In this document: positions 57,620 to 64,000 of the stretch, one piece after another | Numbering within the stretch: position 1 is the first letter of the stretch | Layout: every line of letters begins with the position of its first letter | From: Chloroflexota bacterium | GTDB taxonomy: Bacteria; Chloroflexota; UBA11872; VXOZ01 | Length of the DNA: 64,000 nt | Direction: 5' to 3' | Assembly: GCA_963662335.2 (NCBI GenBank) | Contig: CAXXVD010000005.1 | Span: forward strand, 512,001 to 576,000 | Made by a program: the position numbers and the translations under genes | Notes under the pieces: model-generated | Seen by the model: only the letters and a program-made list of their open reading frames with translations | Database searches by the model: none | Told to the model about the DNA's origin: nothing

Positions 57620-59071
57620 GTGAAGATTTCCGTTCAATCAATTGACCTCAACGTCCTCAACATGCGCACGCGGATGCCCTTTCGCTACGGCATCGCCTCG
57701 CTGGAGTCCGTGCCGCATCTCTTCCTGCGCGTGACGGCGGACGTAAACGGCGCAACCGCCACGGGCGTCGCGGCCGAGGGCCTGCCGCCGAAGTGGTTTA
57801 CGAAGAACCCCGATACCTCTTTCGCCGAAGACCTGGACGAGATGCTGGCCGTCATTCGCCAAGCCGTCCGCTTTGCCCTGGACGCGCCGGCGGCGGCAAG
57901 CCCTTTCGACCTCTGGCACGAGGTCTTCCTGCGCCAAACGGCCTGGGCCGAGACCACGCCCTACCCGCCGCTCTTGTGGGGCTTTGGCGTGAGCATGGTG
58001 GAGCGGGCCGTGATCGACGCCTTCTGCCGCGCCACCGGCCGGACGTTCGGACAGGCGCTGCACGAGAATTCGCTCGGCGTGCGCCTGGAAGCCATCCATC
58101 CGGAGCTTGCCGGCCACGCGCCCGCGGCGCTGCTGCCGGAGCGCGCCAACCGGACTATGGTCATCCGCCACACGGTAGGCCTGGCCGACCCGCTTACCGA
58201 TAGCGACGTGCCGCCTGAAGAGCGCCTGGGCGACGGCCTGCCGCAATCTCTGGAAGCCAGCGTCCGCTTCTACGGCCTGACGCACCTCAAAATCAAGCTC
58301 TCCGGCGATACGGAGGCGGACATCGAGCGGCTGCAACGCATCGCCCGCATCATGGAGACCCACGCGCCAGCGCAGTACGCCCACACGCTGGACGGCAACG
58401 AGTTCTATACGGAAGTCGGCCCGTTCCGGCAATTCTGGGAGACGATTCAAGCCGAGCCTTCACTCCGGTCGTTCCTTAGTAGGGCTTTGTTCGTGGAGCA
58501 GCCTTTTCACCGGGACGCGGCGCTGGCCGAGAGCGTCAAGGACGATTTACGCCGGTGGCGCGAGCGCCCGCCGTTGATCATCGATGAGTCCGACGGCGAG
58601 ATGAACAGCCTGGCCGACGCCCTGGCGTGCGGTTACGCCGGCGGCAGCCACAAGAACTGCAAAGGCGTCTTTCGCGGTATCGTGAACGCCTGCCTGCTCG
58701 CGCTCTACCGCCAACGCAATCCCGGCCAGGCGTACATCCTGAGCAGCGAGGACCTGTGCAGCGTGGGGCCGGTGGCGATGATCCAAGACCTCACCGTGGC
58801 GGCCAATCTGGGCATCGAACACGCGGAACGCAACGGCCACCACTACTTTGCGGGACTCAGCATGTACCCGCAAAGCGTTCAGGCCCAGGTGCTGGCGCGC
58901 CACGGCACCATCTACCGCCGCCACGCGGCGGGCTATCCGGCGCTGGACGTGCGCCAAGGCCGGGTGGACGTTTCGAGCATCGTGGACGCGCCCTTTGGCT
59001 ACGACTTCGACTTCGACACGACCCAGTTCACGCCGCTGGCTCAGTGGAGCGTCGAATCGTTGGCGGATTGA
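57620..59071 (+). CDS. Uncharacterised enolase/mandelate racemase superfamily protein
   Basis: RMPFRYG capping domain, KIK, DGNE, EQP, DES and KNCKG motifs. Confidence 0.6.
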   Translation: MKISVQSIDLNVLNMRTRMPFRYGIASLESVPHLFLRVTADVNGATATGVAAEGLPPKWFTKNPDTSFAEDLDEMLAVIRQAVRFALDAPAAASPFDLWHEVFLRQTAWAETTPYPPLLWGFGVSMVERAVIDAFCRATGRTFGQALHENSLGVRLEAIHPELAGHAPAALLPERANRTMVIRHTVGLADPLTDSDVPPEERLGDGLPQSLEASVRFYGLTHLKIKLSGDTEADIERLQRIARIMETHAPAQYAHTLDGNEFYTEVGPFRQFWETIQAEPSLRSFLSRALFVEQPFHRDAALAESVKDDLRRWRERPPLIIDESDGEMNSLADALACGYAGGSHKNCKGVFRGIVNACLLALYRQRNPGQAYILSSEDLCSVGPVAMIQDLTVAANLGIEHAERNGHHYFAGLSMYPQSVQAQVLARHGTIYRRHAAGYPALDVRQGRVDVSSIVDAPFGYDFDFDTTQFTPLAQWSVESLAD

Positions 59072-59130
59072 ATTGGCGCCTAGAGGATGTTTGCAGGCTG
59101 CGCCGAGGGTGTACGCAGGACCCGCGAAAA

Positions 59131-59220
59131 CCGTTCGTGCTGAGCTTGTCGAAGCATGAACGGCTTTGCGAACAACCGACGGCGGTTCCGTTCACCCTTC
59201 GACAAGCTCAGGGCAATCGG
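59131..59220. repeat. REP-like composite palindrome (TTCGACAAGCTCAG family)
   Basis: Inverted arms; related to 1-138 and 61093-61214. Confidence 0.75.
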
Positions 59221-59284
59221 ATGTCGATCTTCGCTTTGCGATGGGATGTTGCCTGGCGATACGAGAAGAGACGTGAACTCCCTC

Positions 59285-59707
59285 TCAGCCGCCTTCCTGC
59301 GCAAAGACGAGAAAGTGGCCGTTGCAGTCTTCGATCTCGAATTCGCGCAAGCCCCAGGGCTGCTTGACGGGTCCGTTCGCGTACTCCGGTCTCATAGAGA
59401 CTCCCCGCCGCCGGTATGCCGCGTGGAGTTCGTCGATGTTCACGCAGTGGATGTAGGTATAGCCGGCCACGGTTGGCTCCGCGCCGCGGCGGCGCCGGTA
59501 GCCGGTGAAGCGCATGCGCTGGGCGCTCTTGCCGCCCTCACCGCCGATGGAGACGCGGGCATGGCCGCCGCGCGCCATATCGACGAAGTCAAGGGTGAAG
59601 CCAAGAATCTCGCAGTACCACCTGGCGGTGGCCTCCACGTCCGCGACTTCCAACACGGGCTGTATGCCGTAGAAGCCGAATCTTTCCGCGTTGAGGGGCG
59701 TGTCCAT
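59285..59707 (-). CDS. VOC/glyoxalase family protein
   Basis: PVLEVADV..WY..ILGF, QPWGLREFEIEDCNGH. Confidence 0.8.
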   Translation of the reverse strand: MDTPLNAERFGFYGIQPVLEVADVEATARWYCEILGFTLDFVDMARGGHARVSIGGEGGKSAQRMRFTGYRRRRGAEPTVAGYTYIHCVNIDELHAAYRRRGVSMRPEYANGPVKQPWGLREFEIEDCNGHFLVFAQEGG

Positions 59708-59810
59708 AGAGCCATTCCTGGGTTTTCGCAAATGTCCAAGTCTGCGTTCCGCGGCAATCACCATGGTCGTTGACCGGCCATGGTGATTGTTACGGAAGTA
59801 GCCAGCCGAC

Positions 59811-59887
59811 CTCCGTCATTCCGGCGCAAGCTGGAATCCATGGGCGCGTGGCAAAGATGGATTCCGGCTTGCGCCGGAATGACGGAG
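59811..59887. repeat. Inverted pair of GTCATTCC..GGAATCCA REP units
   Basis: CTCCGTCATTCCGGCGCAAGCTGGAATCCA ... TGGATTCCGGCTTGCGCCGGAATGACGGAG. Confidence 0.8.
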
Positions 59888-59907
59888 TTACCGTTGCTAC
59901 TCTCTCA

Positions 59908-60993
59908 TCACACTGCCCCCGGTTCAAACGGCTTTCCCAATCTGATCACCCGTTCAGCCCTTGCGTACCAGCCCTGGGGCGCGTAGTCGGACGTGTGCAG
60001 GTAGCACTGCACCCGCGCCGCGTCGCTGCCGGCCGTGAAGGTCAAGCGGCGGCTCATAGGCAGGGTCGTGCGTCCCGCGTGGTGGCGGGCGAGCGCGGCG
60101 CAATTGACAAAGTTTACGCCCCATCTGCGCTCCACGTGCGACCGTCCGCCGTGGCGGTCGTCGGGATGGGTGTGGGTATGGCCGCCGAGCCAAAGGTCGA
60201 TCGCGCCCGGCCGCGCCGCCAAATAGCGCTCGAACGCCTGGGCGTCCGGCTGCTCGTCCAGGAAATAGAGGTATGACGCGCCCGCCGGTCCGCCGTCGGG
60301 AAAGTAGCCGTGGTAGTGCCCCTGCCATGCGCCCTTCTCATCTTTGCGGTAGCCTTCCCACGGCCCGGAAGCGACTGTGGTCTCCTTCAGCATGTGGTGA
60401 TGCGCGGAGACGATGATACAGTCAGGGTTTGCCTCAACCATCTCCCGCCACCAGCCGAAGGTCTCGCCGGTCACCGCTCCCGAAGGGTAGCCGCCGCCCC
60501 GAGGATTGCGGCCCACCGGCGGGGGAAAATCGTTGCGGTCGCTCATCATCAGAAAGAGCAGGTTGCCCACACGGAAGGCGTACCGCTCCCACGTGCCATC
60601 GAGCGGATAGGGACGCCGCGCCGCGTCCACGCCGGAGAATTGCGGGTTCTCACCCGTAGGATCCACCCACTTGCGGTACCACCACTGGGTCGGCTCGGTG
60701 TGGAACGTCGCGTCGTGATTGCCCGCCAGGTTATAGAACTGCTCCCGGCGATGCAGCCGCGCCGCGCCAAATTGGCGCACCACCTCTTCACCCTCTTCAT
60801 CGTCCGGCGAGCCCTGATTGCCGGAGAGGTCGCCGAGATGCAGCATGATGTCCCAGTGGAACGGCGGGCCACCCTCGCTGCCGCCGCACTCCGACTGCCG
60901 AATTGCCTCGGCCAGGCTCTCGCGCCCAAAGCGCAGGTCGGTGCCCACGTGCGCGCAGCCGGTGGCCCAGAGAGAAAACGTCCGCGCTGCCAT
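59908..60993 (-). CDS. Calcineurin-like metallophosphoesterase
   Basis: CAH, LGD, GNHD, HH and GHTH motifs. Confidence 0.75.
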   Translation of the reverse strand: MAARTFSLWATGCAHVGTDLRFGRESLAEAIRQSECGGSEGGPPFHWDIMLHLGDLSGNQGSPDDEEGEEVVRQFGAARLHRREQFYNLAGNHDATFHTEPTQWWYRKWVDPTGENPQFSGVDAARRPYPLDGTWERYAFRVGNLLFLMMSDRNDFPPPVGRNPRGGGYPSGAVTGETFGWWREMVEANPDCIIVSAHHHMLKETTVASGPWEGYRKDEKGAWQGHYHGYFPDGGPAGASYLYFLDEQPDAQAFERYLAARPGAIDLWLGGHTHTHPDDRHGGRSHVERRWGVNFVNCAALARHHAGRTTLPMSRRLTFTAGSDAARVQCYLHTSDYAPQGWYARAERVIRLGKPFEPGAV

Positions 60994-61092
60994 GAGTCTG
61001 CCTCGCTTGCCCTATCACGATAAAAGAGCGATTCCCTTACCGTCACTAAAGCGATTCCCCTACCGTCATCAATCTGAAAGTAGCGACACAGG

Positions 61093-61290
61093 GCCGATCG
61101 CCCTGAGCAGCGTCGAAGGGTGAACGGCGGAGGAAGTGGATAGCAACTCCCCAACCCGCTCTCTCCGTTCATGCTTCGACAGGGGCTTCGCGCAGCCCTC
61201 AGCACCAACGGAGAGAAGTGAGTGCACGTTCACTCCCTTGCGTGGCCGACAGGCGGCCATGGTCATTCCCGCTTTCGCGGGAACGACGGA
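61093..61290. repeat. REP cluster (composite palindrome plus GTCATTCCCGC hairpin)
   Basis: Mirrors the arrangement at 1-236. Confidence 0.7.
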
Positions 61291-61434
61291 GTCCATTTCA
61301 GTGTTTCCATGGTAGAGGCAACACCGTGACCGCGCAAAGACATCACTTGCGGGAATCGCTATCATAGGTACCAGCAAGCGCGCCGCGCACAGAGCGGCGC
61401 GGCAGCGGCATAGTTTTCCACGCCTTGACGGAAC

Positions 61435-63114
61435 GTGCACCGCATGAGTTCAGAGTCAACATCCTCAGTCAAGCACTCCGCGCGCAGCCGCGGCACGGCG
61501 CAAGGCGGCTGGTTGGGCGGCAAGTTCCTCTCGATCGACCAGGCGGTCTGGCTCATCCAGGACGGCGCCGCCATTGGCGTGGGCGGTTTCGTCGGCATCG
61601 GGCATCCGGAGGCGCTCTCCGCGGCGGTGGAGCGGCGCTTCCTGCGAACCGGCGAGCCGCGCAATCTCACGCTCATGTACGGCGCCGGCCAGGGCGACCG
61701 CCAGACGCGCGGCCTCAATCACTTCGGCCACGAAGGGCTTGTCAAGCGCATTGTCGGCGGCCACTGGGGCCTGGCGCCAAGTCTCTGCCAGCTTGTCCTG
61801 GACGGCAAGATCGAAGGCTACAACATTCCCCAGGGCGTTGTCCTGCACCTCTTCCGCGACATCGCCGCCGGCAAGCCGGGCACTATCACCCACGTCGGTC
61901 TCCATACCTTTGTAGACCCCCGCCTGGAAGGAGGGCGCGTCAATCCGGCCTCCACGCCGGAACAGCTTGTCCAGCTTGTCGAATTGAATGGCAGCGAGTA
62001 CCTCTTCTATCCCCGCATCCAGCTCGACGCCGGCTTCATTCGCGGCACTACCGCCGATCCCGGCGGCAACATCAGCATGGAGCGGGAAGCGGTCTACGGC
62101 GAGATGCTCAGCGTGGCGCAGGCCGTGCACAACTGCGGCGGCATGGTCATCGCGCAGGTGGAGCGGAAAATAGACACGCCGCTGCCCACGCGGGAAATAA
62201 AGATTCCCGGCATACTCGTGGACGTTGTGGCGGTGGCCGACCCTTCCGAACATTGGCAGACGTTTAGCGAGGAATTCAATCCCGCGTACGTATCCACCGA
62301 GTCGCAGACGACCGGCACGAGCGGCGAGGCGCCGGCCGTCCCGCCGCATCCGCTCGACGCGCGCAAGGTCATCGCCCGCCGCGCCGCGCTGGAACTGCGC
62401 AAAGGCGACGTGGTCAATCTCGGCATCGGCCTGCCAGAGAGCGTGGCGGCGGTGGCGGCGGAAGAGGGCATCATCGACGACCTGGTGATGACCGTGGAAA
62501 GCGGCGCGATCGGCGGTGTTCCCGCGGCCGGCCTCTCGTTTGGCGCTTCGTCTATGCCCACGGCGCTCATCGACTCGCCCTATATGTTCGATTTCTACGA
62601 CGGCGGCGGCCTGGATATCGCCTGCCTGGGCGCGGCCCAGATCGACGCGGCCGGCAACGTCAACGTCAGCCGCTTCGGCAACGTCGTGCCGGGGGCCGGC
62701 GGCTTCGTGAACATCAGCCACAACGCGAAACGCATCGTCTTCTGCGGCACCTTCACGGCGGGAGGTCTGGATATTGTGATCCAGGACGGCGCATTGCGCA
62801 TCGCTCACGAGGGCAAGCACCCAAAGCTGGTGCAAGCCGTCGAGCAAGTCACCTTCAACGGCGCGTACGCCCGCTCGCTGGGGCGCGAGATTCTTTACGT
62901 GACCGAGCGGGCGGTCTTTACCTTGACCGATCACGGGCTGACGCTCACGGAAATCGCGCCCGGCGTGGACGTGGAACGAGACGTGCTGGCCCACATGGCG
63001 TTCACGCCGCATGTCGCGCCTGACCTGCGCCCCATGGACGCGCGCTTGTTCCGCGGCGCGCCGGTGGGCATGGCGCAGCAATTTGCCCCGCGCGGCAGCC
63101 GGCAAGGTGATTAG
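61435..63114 (+). CDS. Acyl-CoA:acetate/propionate CoA-transferase (fused alpha/beta, Pct/YdiF type)
   Basis: [24 protein letters not shown] catalytic Glu, [24 protein letters not shown]. Confidence 0.9.
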   Translation: MHRMSSESTSSVKHSARSRGTAQGGWLGGKFLSIDQAVWLIQDGAAIGVGGFVGIGHPEALSAAVERRFLRTGEPRNLTLMYGAGQGDRQTRGLNHFGHEGLVKRIVGGHWGLAPSLCQLVLDGKIEGYNIPQGVVLHLFRDIAAGKPGTITHVGLHTFVDPRLEGGRVNPASTPEQLVQLVELNGSEYLFYPRIQLDAGFIRGTTADPGGNISMEREAVYGEMLSVAQAVHNCGGMVIAQVERKIDTPLPTREIKIPGILVDVVAVADPSEHWQTFSEEFNPAYVSTESQTTGTSGEAPAVPPHPLDARKVIARRAALELRKGDVVNLGIGLPESVAAVAAEEGIIDDLVMTVESGAIGGVPAAGLSFGASSMPTALIDSPYMFDFYDGGGLDIACLGAAQIDAAGNVNVSRFGNVVPGAGGFVNISHNAKRIVFCGTFTAGGLDIVIQDGALRIAHEGKHPKLVQAVEQVTFNGAYARSLGREILYVTERAVFTLTDHGLTLTEIAPGVDVERDVLAHMAFTPHVAPDLRPMDARLFRGAPVGMAQQFAPRGSRQGD

Positions 63115-63211
63115 AGAGCGCTGCGCGCCCGCTGCGAATCCTCGGAACCGGAATTGACGTGTCTGCAACATGCCGTAGCGCGCAAACTGAAAAGATGGGA
63201 GAATTCTCTTA

Positions 63212-64000
63212 ATGGACGAGCGAAGTCCGGTGATCCTTGGAGCCGCCCGCACGCCCATCGGCAAGTTTGGCGGCGCATTGAGCGCGCTCTCCGCGCCCGC
63301 GCTTGGCGTGGTGGCGGCGCAGGCGGCGTTGGCCCGCGCCGGCGTCGCGCCCGCTGACGTGGAAGTCTCGATTCTCGGCCAGGTGCTGCAAGGCGGCAGC
63401 GGCATGAATCCCGCGCGTCAGGTCAGCCTGCGCGCCGGCGTGCCCGACGCCGCGCCCGCCATGACCGTAAACCAGGTCTGCGCGTCCGGCTTGCAGTCCG
63501 TAGCGCTGGCCGGACAATACATCCGCCTGGGGGAAATCGACGTGGCCTTGGCGGGCGGCATGGAGAGCATGAGCAACGCACCCTACGTGCTGCCCGGCGC
63601 GCGCTGGGGCGGCAAACTTGGCCATGGCAAGGTGGTGGATACGCTCATTGGCGACGGCCTCTGGGACGCCTTCGAAGACTGCCACATGGCCAACACCGCC
63701 GATACCCTGGCGCGGGAGTACGGCATCTCCCGCGAAGCGCAGGACGAGTTCGCGTTACAGAGCCAGCAGCGTTACGCGGCGGCGGCACAGGCGTGCCGCG
63801 TGGCCGCCGAAATCGCGCCGGTAGCCGTGCCGCAGCGCCGGGGCCCGCCGCGCGAGGTGAGCGACGATGAATACCCGCGGCCGGATTCTACCGGTGAGGC
63901 CTTGGCGTCGTTGCGTCCCGCTTTCACCGGTGTCGATACCATCACCGCGGGCAACGCCTCCGGCATCAACGACGGCGCTGCCGCGCTCATCGTTGCGTCT
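63212..64000 (+). CDS. Acetyl-CoA C-acetyltransferase (thiolase), truncated by the window end
   Basis: Translated by hand (absent from the ORF track): ARTPIGKFGG, GQVLQ, NPARQ, NQVCASG, GGMESMS, TAGNASGINDGAA. Confidence 0.92.
   Translation, partial: MDERSPVILGAARTPIGKFGGALSALSAPALGVVAAQAALARAGVAPADVEVSILGQVLQGGSGMNPARQVSLRAGVPDAAPAMTVNQVCASGLQSVALAGQYIRLGEIDVALAGGMESMSNAPYVLPGARWGGKLGHGKVVDTLIGDGLWDAFEDCHMANTADTLAREYGISREAQDEFALQSQQRYAAAAQACRVAAEIAPVAVPQRRGPPREVSDDEYPRPDSTGEALASLRPAFTGVDTITAGNASGINDGAAALIVAS

Overview
High-GC bacterial window. It is most consistent with a marine, probably sponge-associated, Chloroflexota-type organism; this is inferred from the SupA-type PKS, the PhyH dioxygenase, a Tat-lipoprotein binding protein and the high RM/TA load. 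Left arm (0.3-10.2 kb): N-methylglutamate methylamine-utilisation cluster (glxD/mgsC, soxD-A-G-B, glnT/gmaS), interrupted by a lower-GC AAA ATPase + TOPRIM pair. Middle (about 10-45 kb): a defence-rich region. It holds a GIY-YIG-like + DUF6884-like pair, vapBC, an orphan AAA ATPase, a REase-TPR-GreAB-PIN protein, a type IIG-like RM fusion, and a type I RM with HsdM-HsdS fusion and an IR-flanked GxxExxY gene. It also holds a DUF5131-TcmP fusion ORF, a PLD-ATPase, a second type I RM with an Abi gene, and a RelE/HTH TA module. That TA module is bracketed by ~215-bp direct repeats, each made of a degenerate tRNA-Val plus its promoter. Then come a 3480-aa SupA-like PKS, a BrnT-like toxin pseudogene with three amber stops, a second vapBC, the intact tRNA-Val(GAC), and metabolic genes ending in a truncated thiolase. 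At least four REP-like palindrome families are scattered through the window. No integrase, transposase or CRISPR array was recognised. All family calls come from motif recognition by eye, not database searches.
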